The position numbers and the translations under genes are program-made. A DNA stretch of 64,000 bases, from the NCBI RefSeq assembly GCF_001194135.2, contig NC_068992.1, positions 47,847,069-47,911,068 of the forward strand. Reading direction: 5' to 3'. Below the pieces are notes generated by a model that worked only from the letters and a program-made list of their open reading frames with translations, did no database searches and was not told the origin of the DNA. Source of the DNA: Octopus bimaculoides. Its lineage: Eukaryota. Shown piece after piece: positions 49,833-63,630 of this stretch (position 1 is the first letter of the stretch; each line of letters starts with the position of its first letter).

Positions 49833-51654
49833 ACACACACATGCATGTGTTTGTCTAAGTGATTTCTAATGAGATGTAGAAACACAAAACTTGTCAGATG
49901 CTCAGTGTGAAAATATAACGAACTGAATAAACCACTGGAAATTGTTACGGTGGTTTATCAACAGTTAAGATTTTCACAGAGACATTACATTAGATACGTT
50001 TGCGAACCATATACTGTATATGATTTCCTAACCCTACTGTGTTAATACATCTGTGTGTNNNNNNNNNNNNNNNNNNNNNNNNNNNNNNNNNNNNNNNNNN
50101 NNNNNNNNNNNNNNNNNNNNNNNNNNNNNNNNNNNNNNNNNNNNNNNNNNNNNNNNNNNNNNNNNNNNNNNNNNNNNNNNNNNNNNNNNNNNNNNNNNNN
50201 NNNNNNNNNNNNNNNNNNNNNNNNNNNNNNNNNNNNNNNNNNNNNNNNNNNNNAATATATCCATTTGACATAGAAGATATCCCTGATAACATATGGCAAC
50301 ATACTTTGCAGAAAATTGGACTAATTTTAAGAGAAAATATTTCAACATAAAACAATTATCGACCCATGACTTCGCCAAACATGAATAACTAAAAACATCA
50401 GTACCAAAAATTTTTTTTTAAATGCATTCATTCTGCAAGATCTTAGAAATTTTTAACAGGCATGTCCAGATCGGTTTCTTCAAGGAAAACGTTAAAAAAT
50501 TAAATTGCAGTCAAAAAGCAACCTTCCAGGTCATTAAACAAGCAATTTACGTTTACAAAGAAGATATTTGTGATGAGAATCTACCAAGAGCTTAAGAACT
50601 TTTTCATTGATAAGCCTGGTGGATCAAAGAAATCTGTTCTGTACAGTATGATTCTATCAGATTCTACAAACAAGACAGCTAGATGAGACAATAGCAACTG
50701 CCTTGTCCTGTTGCCACATATAACAAAACACGTAAGTGGAAATTTCTTTGATATCATTTATTCTCCATTACATGTGTTTCATTTACTAATAAGAACTACT
50801 GAATTTTATATGTTAAATAAACATGCAAGAAATTTCCTATTAGAAAATTTTCAGGCAAAGAAAAAAAAGTATATTATATACATAATAGATAATACCAAAA
50901 ATTTTCCACTTTCATGTTTTGTTATACAAATAACACTGCAAATAATATTTCCATAATTCTCGGTTTTAATATGTATTTAGACTAACATACAGCAGCAACT
51001 GTGACCACATATTGGATTGTAGTAATGAAATAAGCAGACGCACTTCAAGGGAAAACAGCTGGGATTTACCCTAACTACCTGTGTTACACACACACACACA
51101 AACACCTATATATATTCTTTTACTCTTTTACTCGTTTCAGCCATGTGGCTGTGGTCATGTGATATATACATTTATATATGAAGTACTTACACAAGGCCCC
51201 TCAGTGATGACGTCATATCACTCCCTCAATCTTAACTATCACCAATCACAAGTACTATCCATCATTCTCTGTCTCATTCATTATTCCTCTATCAGTCATT
51301 GTTGACACACATCTCTCTCTCTCTCTCTCTTTCTCTTCTGTTACACTCCCACTTTCTGGGACTGTATCAGTTTAGATCAACAAAACTTCAGTGCCTTACC
51401 AAAAAACTTAAGAGCAGAGAGAGAGGACTTATAGAAAAATCATTCAATCTGAGACTTCAGACAAAACTATGTCACAGCTAGAAATGCATGTGAAAACAGA
51501 GGTCTTAAGACTCTTCATTCATCAGAGACCAACTACAAAGAGAGGATAGTGGAAATGTAAGGGATAACAATGGCAATGCACCAGCTAGCATGGCAGCCAA
51601 TAAGCTGAAGCAAGCAAAACACTAAAACCCACACACACCTATGTATATGTATAT

Positions 51655-51722
51655 CATCATCATCATCATCATCGTTGTTTAACGTCCGCTTTCCATGCTA
51701 GCATGGGTTGGACGATTTGACT
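51655..51722 (-). mobile_element. Repeat family D, 3'-terminal stub
   Basis: Near-identical to the (CAT)n end of 34945-35010. Confidence 0.85.
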
Positions 51723-51725
51723 ATA

Positions 51726-51796
<71 letters not shown>

Positions 51797-51912
51797 ATAA
51801 TACATACACATCTGTACATGCACATCCATAGCTGTGAATGGGTATGAGTGTGCATATATGCATATATATATATAAACATGTATATATACAGACATAGCTC
51901 TATCTATACACG

Positions 51913-51946
<34 letters not shown>

Positions 51947-52420
51947 TATATATATATATATATACATATGTATATATATATATATATATGCATATATACA
52001 CACATAGCATAAAACACACAAAATAACACAGAGTGTTTGTAATTGTGCATGTCACAGAGGACAGTATGTTATTCAAAAGAAAATTAATGTAAACAAAATA
52101 TGAAATATATAATTTCACTTAAATAATTCTATTTAAATTGAATTAATCCTTCGAACATACATCGTTCTCAAAGATTTACATCTTATCTTCATTCCTGTGT
52201 TCTTGTACTTAGGAAACCCTTATCGGATTCCAATTCCAAAGGATTTAGCAAATATGTAAAAATAATTTTCTCCACCTCCTTTACCATCTTTCTATTTTTC
52301 TCAATGATTTTCTCTCTTTCACTTGCCTCTTACTATATATGTGTATGTCTGCACATATGTACACACACACACACACATGCATATATATGTGTATTATATA
52401 TACATATGTATATATATGCA

Positions 52421-52511
<91 letters not shown>

Positions 52512-52987
52512 GTACATATATATTTATGTGTGTGTGTGTGTGTGTGTGCGTGTACATATATGTTCATATGTATATACATATAGATACACACATATATTCA
52601 TATATATGAGTACATCTTATTGTACACGTGCAACCTTATAGATATGATTGAATGTGCTCATACACACAGAAAGAGTCTATTCACACACACCTACACATAT
52701 ATGTGTATATAAACATATCGATATCAATGAGTGTGTATACATATATACATGTACATTATGTTTGTGTGTATGTATGTATGTATGTATGTATGTATGTGTG
52801 TGTGTGTGTATGTATGTATACTCATTACATACGCACAAATGTGCTAGAATAAACAATTTTCAAAAGAAATCAGAAAGAGAAATTAGTCAGTGTACATCTT
52901 CATTGAACTCGTGTAAAATTATATTAATATTTATGAAGATAATGATAAATATTTATATACACCCTACTCCTTTACAGATAAACATAT

Positions 52988-53058
<71 letters not shown>

Positions 53059-53689
53059 TTCTTGTACATATGTTTGTGTATTCATATACACACACATAAC
53101 ATACATTATATACATGCATGCATTCAAATACACTTATTGATATATTACAGAATGAAATTCTAGGCTTTCCTATCAACACTGATATCAGATGAATGAGCAT
53201 TGGAGATCGTTGCAGTTTTTGACTGGAATCATTCCTCGTTGGCCTGCTGGGTAAAATGCTTAGTAGCATTTTGTCCATGCTTATGTTCTGAGTTCAAATT
53301 CATTTTCAGATTGTGTTTTTAATTCCCACATCAGTGGTATGTTTTATTCTTGACAAAAATTCTTCATCTCATGTTACTCCAGTTTACTAAGCTGTAACTG
53401 GGTAATCCTGCAACAGACTGGCATTCCATTCAGGTCGTCTGTTGTGATCTCAGTCACTTATTCACCATGGAAACAAGGTAACTGTTCCTATGAGTTTGAA
53501 GATACAAGACACTAATGTTCAAGGGTTACTTTAATATGGATCATAATGAGAGATATTAGACACAATGCAGAGCCATGGAAATATAGGAATAACCTATGAC
53601 CAGTGGTACTAGCAGCTGATTTTTTATATGAAATGTTCACTCTGTTTATCCATCTGTGTGTATACTTATTATTGATAAGGAAGTTAAAG

Positions 53690-53900
53690 TGGGGAATTGG
53701 CAGAATCCTTAGCACACTGGACAAAATGCTTTGCAGTATTTCATTTGTCTTTACATTCTGAATTCAAATTCCATCAAGGCTGACTTTGCCTTTCATCCTT
53801 TTAGGATGGATAAAATAAGTACATGTGCAGGGGTGAATGTATTTGACTAGCCCTATCCCCAAAATTTCAAGCCTTGTGCCTATTGTAGAAAAGATTATTG
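53690..53900 (+). mobile_element. SINE-like family C
   Basis: TTGGCAGAATCCTTAGCACACTGGACAAAATGCT...CTTTGCCTTTCATCCTTT...AAATAAGTAC; a short head-only copy lies at about 53240-53300. Confidence 0.8.
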
Positions 53901-53999
53901 ACAAGGAAGATTCAGTTTTGGGATTAATTTCTAGCCTTTTTATGGCAATAATATGTTACTTGTTTAAATTTTACACTCATGCACATACATTTATAAGCA

Positions 54000-54260
54000 C
54001 ATCTATGTGAATGTATGTGTATATGTCCATGTATGAGTATCAAGCACTAACTGTAAACAAATGTCACAATCATATGAGTGGTGCCAATCATTTGCAATCT
54101 TTCATGAAAACTTGTCAGGTCATTATGATGTTCATGTTCAAAGAATTTAGAGAAATATTACCTAGCTTGGAAGTAGATGAGGGTTAGCAAAAAGAAGAGC
54201 AACCGGCTATAGAAAACTTGCCTCAATGAATTGTCTGCCCCAAGCAAGCATGAAAAAGCT
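54000..54260 (+). mobile_element. SINE family E body/tail
   Basis: Shared with 19540-19810. Confidence 0.6.
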
Positions 54261-54894
54261 GCTTTTGGTGTTAGTGTCATTGCAGTTTTTGTAGTTGTTG
54301 TTGCTGTTGTTGTTGTTATAGCTACTCTCACTTATTCTTATTACTGTCATCAGTCTAATGATGATGATGATGAAGGACAATGATGATGATGACAATGACA
54401 ATGATTATGATGATGATGATGATAACAATGGTGACTACTACTGTTGTCAACAATGTTGATGATCGTGATGAACAATAGATATTACATTCATGTGCAATCA
54501 TTACTCTATATAGTATCATGACTGAGAAACAGAGAAGTAGCTTTAGTCTTTAGTCAAAACACTTAGTACTGATACTCTATGCAGGAGAAAAGTAAAAAAA
54601 AAGAGAAAAATGATAACATCCATCATTGAAGCACACAATCAACAAATATAGAATGAATGCATGACTAACATGGGAAGTTTTAGGGCAATTATTATAGACA
54701 AGATATTAATTTCAGGGATTTCAGGTGCTGAAACAAATGTCTACATTTACAGACCTACTCAACTCACACCATCTCAAGGGGAAAAAAAATCATAAATAGA
54801 TAAATAAAGGCATAAAGGAATAAATAATTAGAGAGTTGACAGAAAATGGAAGACACATAATATAATTGTCTCTCACGAGTCTCAACAGAAATGC

Positions 54895-54938
<44 letters not shown>

Positions 54939-55883
54939 TAATAATAATAATAATAATAATAATGAGTGTGTGAGTGTGTAAAGAATAAAAACCTATAGTA
55001 ATGACAACTGAAGAAACAATATCGTGATTAGCTAAATATGAATCTTTTTCTAAGATGTAATCAACCATAATTTCTTTGCTTTCATCTCTTTGATGTCATC
55101 TAGTTTTTACTCCTCCCCTTCCTTCTTGCCTTCTTTTATTCTCACAAACCCCCTTTTTCTCTTTTCTCTTTGTGTTTACTCTCTCACTTTCTCCCCCCCC
55201 TCTCTCTCTCTCTCTCTCACACTTTTTCTCTCCCCCTTCTTTTTCTTCAGGACACTTTGCTTCTTTTCTGCAATTGTTGATTTAGAAAATAAAGGTGTCC
55301 TCATTGTTGCTATTGTTGTCGTAATTTTTGTTGTTGTTGTTAATCTTTTTCCTATTATTGTTTTATAGTTATCATTGATATAATTGTTACTGTTGCTGTT
55401 CCTGCTGTTGCTCTTACTGATGTGATTGTTGTTGTTGTTGTTGTTGTTGCTGTTGATACTGTTGTTCTTGTTGCTTTATTGTTGCTATGGTTCTAGTCAC
55501 TGTTGTTACAATAATTGATGTTGTTGTTGTTGCTGTTGATGTTTTAACAACGTACTTCCTCTCGCTTTGATTTAGCTTTACTATTTTTATTGTTATTGTT
55601 GCAGCAACAGCAACAACAGCAGTAGTAGTAGCAATGGTGGCAAAACTGCAGTCATTGTTGATGTTCTTGTCATTGTTGTAGTAATACTTTTGGTGCTAGT
55701 GTCATTGCAGTTTTTGTGGTTGTTATTGTTGTTGTTGTAACTACTCTTACTTATTCTTATCAGTCATCAATCTCACTCGCTGCGTAGTACATTATTTATT
55801 TATTCATTTATTTATTTGTATTTATATTTATAGAGTTCAGTCATTCTTTCTCTCTTTCTTCCACTTCCTTCCCCCTTCTATTG

Positions 55884-55917
<34 letters not shown>

Positions 55918-56188
55918 ATCTATCAATCTAGCTTACTCTCTCCCTCTCACCCTTTCACTCCGTCCTACTTTCACTTTCTTTCCAGTTGAATAACAAAAGA
56001 ATCCTCATTTGGGTAGATTCCATAATTTTTCTTAATTGTCTTTGATTGAACACTTCCAGACTGTCTGAGTTTCCAAACTAAAACGGATTGTCATGTCTTT
56101 TTACAGTAGATACACTTCCCATTTCTCTCCCCTCTCTTTCTCACCATCATTGTCTTTCCTCTTACCTCCATTACATATGTGTGTATGC

Positions 56189-56219
<31 letters not shown>

Positions 56220-56475
56220 TACATACACACACACACACACACATATTAATACATACATAGGTATATACCAACATGAGTATGTTTCTGTGTATATCTGTGT
56301 GCATATGTGTTCAAACCTCACACACATATATATATTTATATACACATATATATATATAATTATCATATATTGTTAGAAACAGAAGTTTCCTGAATCATAA
56401 CTCTGAGTATTATGTTGCTAATTACTTAAATATTTCGAGAAGAGAGGCAACATCACAATAATTAACCCTTTTAAG

Positions 56476-56687
56476 GAGGTGAGCTCGCAGAAATGTTAGC
56501 ACACCAGATGAAATGCTTAGTGGTATTTCATTTGTCTTCACGTTCTGAGTTCAAATTCCGCCAAGGTCGACTTTGCCTTTCATCTTTTCGGGGTCGATAA
56601 ATTAAGTACCAGTTGTATATTGGAATCGATCTAGTCAAGTGGCCCTCTCTCCAAAAACTTCGGGCCTTGTAGAGTAGAAAAGAATAT
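56476..56687 (+). mobile_element. SINE-like family C, full-length
   Basis: GGAGGTGAGCTCGCAGAA...GTTCTGAGTTCAAATTCCGCCAAGGTCGACTTTGCCTTTCATC...GGGGTCGATAAATTAAGTACCAG. Confidence 0.9.
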
Positions 56688-56918
56688 TTAACTCTTTTGA
56701 TACCTACCTGTTTGAAACCACTTCTGCCTCTGTAGAACAAATGTCTTGTTTTCATGAGTTTTCAATTAAAATCTTCCACTAACCCATAGTCACAATTTAT
56801 GTTCCTAACACCAGCTTAATAACTCCTAAGTTATTTTACTAAATTCTTTTTTCATATTTAAAATTAATTGAAAGAAACACAGAACATCTCAAAATGAATA
56901 CAGCAACAAAAGGGTTAA
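56688..56918. mobile_element. TTAA-flanked MITE (piggyBac-like, family G1)
   Basis: TTAACTCTTTTGAT... / ...AACAAAAGGGTTAA terminal inverted repeats. Confidence 0.75.
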
Positions 56919-57229
56919 TCAAGAATTTTCATAAACACAACATAATCTGAATAGTCATTGTGATTTGATTTGTTACCAACAACCTTTAGAAAATGTAGGG
57001 TTTACTGAAAATCAATTTAAGAGGAGATTCTAGCAACATATACATATATTCAGATACTCTGGAAGATACCTCACCATCTCACTCTTCAAATAAATCTGGT
57101 AGTTGAAAGATGATGATTTTTAACTATCATCAAAGCAACTGGTCCATTTCAGAACAAGAGGTCTCCAAATAAATGGCTATGAAAGTTGTACTCCTTGTTT
57201 CTCTGAAAACTACAATTTAATATAGTCAT

Positions 57230-57680
57230 TTGAAACTATGGGCAAAAAATTTGAATTGGAGATTCCTCACAGGCATCTCCATTGACATTTTGAGGAATAT
57301 CCAAATAGCTAGGTAATTTTCTCTTTTCCACACTACATCTGATCCCTCTATTACGGAATTTTTCTCTAAGCTTCTTCATGCTCAGATGTTTTGTTACATA
57401 TCTAGAAGAATATCTCTGCGTGATTTCTTTCTCTTCTCGAACTGCCCATATTTTGTTACCATCCAGAATCACACTTTGTAGACAAGTATCATACATCCTA
57501 TCTTTCATTACAAAAGAAAATTTCAGTGTTGCCAGCAAAGATAATACTTAGCAAACTTTTCACACCTTGCTCTTATTCTGACATCTCTCCACAGCTAATT
57601 AAGTTACCTAGGAATCAGAAACTATTAAGATCATCTACGGTGCCTTTGGAGAATTTGAAAAACTGTCACAGATGTTGCTA
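57230..57680 (-). pseudogene. RTE-clade LINE ORF 3' fragment
   Basis: NSF*FLGNLISCG ... KDRMYDTCLQSVILDGNKIWAV ... KLREKFRNRGIRCSVEKRKL matches RTE-type DSFCYLGD.IS.G / KGRLYDACVRS.ML.GSETWA / LREKLGIRGIRC.V..RRL. Confidence 0.8.
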
Positions 57681-57749
57681 CTACTAATTGTGTCAGTGGA
57701 TTTACTACATACGTAAGCTTTTCTCTGTCAGCCTGCCTTGAAACTCAAA

Positions 57750-57870
57750 ACAGCGCTTGACTTAGTGGTTAGGGTGTTGGACTCATTATTGCAAGGTTGT
57801 GGTTTCTATTCCTGACTGGGCAATGAACCATGTTCTTGAATAAAATACTTCATTTCACATTGCTCTAGCC
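57750..57870 (+). mobile_element. tRNA-like SINE head, truncated
   Basis: TTGACTTAGTGGTTAGGGTGTTGGACTC...GGTTTCTATTCC; related to the head of 62240-62566. Confidence 0.65.
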
Positions 57871-58110
57871 TGGCCCAAGTGGGGAACATAAAGATGAGAG
57901 AATACAGGAAACCAGGCCTATGGATCAATATGACTTAGAAAGGAACTTTTTTTCCCTTTTTTTAAAAAATCCTTTTGGAACTCACAGCATCATTTGGTTA
58001 CATTTGGTGCACAGTGCAGTGGCCCTAACTATTCCTTTCTTGCATATTGAAAATGACCACCTCTCTCATTGCAGCAGGGTCCTATCTCCTTTCCTAATGA
58101 TAACATCCCA

Positions 58111-58189
<79 letters not shown>

Positions 58190-58717
58190 TGTATGTATAC
58201 ACACACGTACAGACACAGTTATCCTGCCTGTCTCTCTCTCTCAGCCTTCATTTTCTTTAGTGCTTCATACTTCTTCAACACCATCATCACTACCATTACT
58301 AACACCAACACCACTAGTGGCCAACAACAATCATCTTAACATGGGTGTCTCTATGTGGTCATTGATCTTCTAGAAATAGCAGCCAAATAAACCTCAAATT
58401 ACATACTATCACCTTAAGAAAAAGTTTATGTAGGCAAACATAGTCCTGAATTCTTCTCCATATAGAAAAAAAAGATGGAATGGTCATAGTTGGAATGTCT
58501 GATCACTGGAATGCTTAGTCAGGGATGACCCGGAGCTAAAACATCAACCACCACCACCATTTTCACTACCACCACCAACAACAACAACACCTGTATTACC
58601 AATAATGCCAGCACTTTATATTATAGTTTAGAATCAGTTGTTTTTAAGCATATATTTACCATTCTTCAATTTGATGCAAATGAACAGTTGTGAATGAACA
58701 CACATATATATAAATAC

Positions 58718-58793
<76 letters not shown>

Positions 58794-59687
58794 TTCAAAG
58801 CCATCTGTTTCTATTCTATTCTCAGTCTATTAGCAACTATTGTTCTCTCAATCTCCTACTCCACACTCTTACTGTCACTGATGCAGACTTTTATATATTG
58901 TTATATTGTTCTATAAATGTTAGTTGATGGAGATGGAGAAGGTAGTGGTGGCATTGGTAATGGTTGTGGCGGTGGAGGTGATGCTGATGGTGATGCTGGT
59001 GGTGATGGTGATGTGATTTTCATGGTAGTTTGTATTTGAGTTGAAGGCAGTACTGGTGGTTGTTGGGATTATGATGATGGAGTTGTGATAGTGGTGGTGA
59101 CAGTTGTGGTGGTGGTGGTGGTGGTTGTTGTTGTTCTTAAGGTGAAGGCAAAAATAGTCATTGCGATGATGGTGACAGTAGTGGTGGTAGTAGTGAGTGG
59201 TATTCTGATGGTGATGGTAATTAATTTTGATGGCAGTTGCAGTTATGCTAATGTGGTGATGGTAGTTATGAGATGGCGGTGCCTGTTAACATAATGGTAA
59301 GTGAATATTAATGAAAAATAACAATTCTAAAAACCAATGTTTCCACTTCCGTGCCATATTATAATTTGTGTATGTGTGTGCATCTATCTTTCTCTATGCG
59401 TGTGTGTGTGTGTGACTATAAGTAGTGCTCTTTATTAGAATTCCCTTCTAATCTATAGAAATCACTGTGAAATAAAAGCTATAATGTTTTAGCCATGATT
59501 ACAAAAACTCTTGAGATTGTTTGTTGATCCACCCCTTGAACACCCCTGTTTCACATAGCATTGTCATGTACAAGGGAGGGCTGAAAAGTTTCTGACTTTA
59601 GGTAAAAGAAAATACAAGAAGATCATCATTTAATTATGATCTTCTTCAGCATGTTCCCCTCTCAGATTCACATACTTATATCAACCC

Positions 59688-60068
59688 CAGTGTTCAACTG
59701 GTACTTATTTTATCGATCCTGAAAGTGTGAAAAGTAAGGTCGACTTTCGCAGAATTTGAACTCAGAACATAGCGATGGGCAAAATACCACTACGCATTTC
59801 ATCCAGTGTGTTAACAATTCTGCCACCTTGCTACCTTGATGATAATGATGATGATGATAATGATAATAATATTTCATGTAAATATTATAAATAATGGTTT
59901 GAAATTTTGGCACAAAGCCAGCAAGATCAGGTGATACTTATTTCACCAACCCTGAAAGGCTGAAAAGTAAAACTGACCTCAGTGGAATTTGAACTCAGAA
60001 TGTGAAGACAGACGAAATACTGTTAAGCATTTTGTCCAGCATGCTAACGATTTTGCCAGCTCACTGCC

Positions 60069-60123
<55 letters not shown>

Positions 60124-60162
60124 TGATGATGATGATGATGATGATGATGGTGATGGTGATGG

Positions 60163-60199
<37 letters not shown>

Positions 60200-60420
60200 A
60201 ATATTTCATGTAAAATATTATAAATAATAGTTTAAAATTTTGGTAAAAGTCCAACAAGAACAGGTGATATTTTATTGACCCCAAAAGGATGAAAGGCTAA
60301 GTCGACCTCAGCAGAATTTGAACACAGATTATAAAGCATCAGAAGAAATGTTACTAAGCATTTTGTCTGATGCACTAATGATTATGCCAGCTTGACACCT
60401 TAATAACAATAATAATAATA
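59688..60420 (-). mobile_element. Three head-to-tail copies of SINE-like family C separated by (AAT)n/(GAT)n tracts
   Basis: GAATTTGAACTCAGAA block at about 59753, 59986 and 60314; each copy ends ...CCTT(A/G)AT(A/G)ATAAT on the plus strand. Confidence 0.85.
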
Positions 60421-61536
60421 ATAATGATAATAATAATAATTATAATAATAATCATAATAATTATTATTATTGTTACTATAGGGAAGGGAGAGAAGTGGGT
60501 ATTTCTTGTTAATTGCAGTGAAATGTTTCATTATTGATGAAACACAATGCAGGGTGGAGGAATTATAAAAATCAGGGTAACTACATCAGTTTGTTTTGAG
60601 GAATGCTATGTCCATTGTTGTTACAGTTAAACCAATCAGAGTGAAGTCAACACATGACAAAGGAACCTGGGTGAATGAAGTTGATTCGCTTATCCTTTGT
60701 TATTTATACTTTTTTTTGCTCCTTTTTTGTTTGTCTTTTTTTTTCCAATGGGGCTGGAAAGGAGAGTAAGGAATAAAGCAATGAAATGAGATGAGAGATG
60801 GGATGAGAGAGATGAGTTGGGATAATAAACCATACAATTGATGTGATTCTCTTTGGCAGTAACCATTATGAACTCTGAAATTCTCCATGTGCGTGTATTT
60901 TTTATATTTTTCTTTGTATGTGTGTGTTTGCTGTTGTCAATTCTGCAGAACCATTAGTCTTCAAGATTCTGAGTTTAAGGGATTTTTAAAGAATTTAAGG
61001 GCTTTTAGCCTAATTACAGTCAGTTTTTGAAATCAATTCTGTATTAATTGAAGCGCCTGATTACTTGATTGAAAACAAAAGAGACAAACAGAAAACAAAC
61101 ACAAGAGAAAGGCATCAAATTTTCATGATTCTCTTCTGTTTAAATGGCAAATTGGTTTCATTCCTGCCAACCCACATCTACCAGCTGGAACCTCCACCAC
61201 ACCACCGCCACCAGTGCCACCACTGCCACCACCATCACCCTTTCTAAGTATTGATCCATTGGCATTATGCAGTGTTTATTCTATTATATTTCAGTGATTT
61301 TCGTTAATATTTTTGAAAGTAAAGATCCACTTATAATTTCCAGTCATGTCTGACTGATATCTCAGAGTTCTGTCTGTCTATTCCTGTCTGTCTGTCTCTC
61401 TCTCTCTCTCTACTACTACTATTACTAATACTACTACTACTACTGCTATGGCTCCTCAACTAGCTAACAACGCACCTCAGCCCCCTTGACGTTCACTCAT
61501 CATCTCTAGTGTTTCTCACCTTACAATGCTCTACAC

Positions 61537-62146
61537 CAATGATTCTCAACCAAGCTTCGTATGGCCCTTGAAGGTACATCGTCATCATCATCATCATCAT
61601 TTAACATCCACCTTCCACGCTCATATGAGTAGGATGGTTTGACAGGAACTGACCAGGCAGAAGCCTGCACCAGACCTCCAAGACTGTTTTGGCAGGATTT
61701 TTACTTCTGGATGCCTTTCCTAACACCGACCACCCAGCAGAGTGGACTTAGTGCGTTTTACATGGCACAAGCACAAGCAAGGTCAGTTTTGACAAAGTTT
61801 CTACAACTGGATACCCTTCCAAATGCCAACCACTTTACAGTGTAGACTGGATGCTTTTTAAGTGGCATTTGCACTGACAGGGTCACCAAGTAACTTGCAA
61901 CACAAAAGACCTTTGAGGGGGGAGAGGGCATGGATTTTTGTTCTTAAAATTCATCTGTAATAAATTGGTTACACCTCTACAATATTCAAAATATTTTAAC
62001 AATTGTTTTTTTTTTATACAATTCCTAATAATAATTGATAAAAAGATAACATGGTATTTTTAAATATCGAATGGCTAGGAGGTTTTATCCCAGTAAAATT
62101 AAGAATCCAAGAGATTCACTGGTAAAAAAATGGTTCAAAACCACTG
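61537..62146. mobile_element. hAT (Charlie-like) non-autonomous element with 8-bp TSD, interrupted by a family D insertion (about 61577-61905)
   Basis: TIRs CAATGATTCTCAACC / GGTTCAAAACCACTG (11/15 complementary); flanks CTCTACAC (61529-61536) and TTCTGCAC (62147-62154), 6/8 identical. Confidence 0.75.
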
Positions 62147-62239
62147 TTCTGCACTATACACTTCTCGTATTTTCTTCCCTTGTCTTTTATTGTATCAACT
62201 GGAGACTGTGGAGGGAGAGGGAATGAAACCACTACTAAC

Positions 62240-62566
62240 TGACACTCTGTCTGTTATGACAATGAGAGTTTCAGTTGATCCAATCAACGGAATAGACTAC
62301 TTGTGAAATTAATGTGCATATGGCTGGGTATTCCACAGACACAGACACGCATACCCTTAATGTAGTTCATTGGGAAATTCGGTATGACAGAGTATGACAA
62401 GGCTGGCCCTCTGAAATACTGATACTACTCATTTTTGCCAGCTGAGTGGACTAGAGCAACATGAAATAAAGTGTCTTGCTCAAGGATGCAATGCTTCACC
62501 AGGAATTGAACTCACAACCTTGCAATCGTGAGCCAAATACTCTAACCACAAAGCCACATGCCTTCA
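62240..62566 (-). mobile_element. Full-length tRNA-headed SINE sharing its 3' half with family B
   Basis: GGAATTGAACTCAC...TCTAACCAC (reverse-complement B and A boxes); 62240-62420 is homologous to the reverse complement of about 4110-4280. Confidence 0.8.
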
Positions 62567-62899
62567 CAACCACCACTACAACTATGCAACAAATACTATC
62601 AGAAACTCCATTAGTTACCACCACAACTACTATAACAAACAGTCACTACAACCACCATCATCACCAACACCATTGGTAATGTTTTGATGAAGGACTCTCA
62701 AAGCAAGGACTTGACCTGTCAGAGATAGCAGCAAGATGTCTCTCAATCAAACCCTAGAATTTCAAAAGAAAGACACACTGGATGTGATCCTGGCTACTGG
62801 AATCGATGGGGGTGGTTGTGGATGGATTGTCTTTGATCGTAAGTCAGCTGGATCAGGCTTGACCAGGATTTAAACAACAACAACAACAACACAAACAAA

Positions 62900-63630
62900 T
62901 TATTACAGTTATACCACAAACACCACCACCACCACCAGCTCAACTACACCAGGACCCCCCCACACACACATACACCAACAGATTGAACATCAACCAAAAC
63001 CATCACCATCACATCAGAAGCGCCAACCTCTCAACCACCACCAATACCACTACTAAGTCAGAAATATTATTAGCTCTACCATCATTGCTATTACTACTAA
63101 CACCAACACAATACAAGAAATACTACCAGTGCTACACCAGCACAAACTACTACCATCATCATCAACATCACTAGCACAAAGACACCTTTGCTAGCACCAA
63201 CACGAAACACTGCCAACTACAGACACAACACAAGACAAACCACTACCACATTCAACTCTACTGCAACCACTTCTCCTACCACACCAGAACACAACTCTCC
63301 CCCACCACTACCACTACCATCAAGAGAATTGCCAAACAAAAAACATCGACACCACCACCACCACTACAACTGCCACCATGAACGTTACTACACTAAACAC
63401 CACTACTGCAACTACTACACCACAACCATCATCACCGGTGCCATCACCACTGCCATCATGAATATTACCATGCAACAGACACCAATACCACCACCACCAC
63501 CACCACCACCACCACTACAACTGCCACTACTGCAACTATCACACCAACACCACCACCATGTAACACACACACACCTCCTTCAAGAACAACGTCCCCTCAC
63601 CCCCACCATCATGATGCTTTTGCCAATACT
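62900..63630. repeat. (CAC/CAA/ACT)-rich low-complexity region
   Basis: Direct reading; a complementary (GGT/GAT)-rich tract lies at about 58925-59280. Confidence 0.85.

Larger units (their letters stand above)
3050..50253. other. 17 assembly gaps (N runs)
   Basis: Start positions: 3050, 5549, 9695, 10447, 14375, 17619, 22922, 30159, 34516, 36133, 38241, 39563, 41891, 43774, 46641, 48244, 50059; most are flanked by dinucleotide repeats. Confidence 0.99.
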
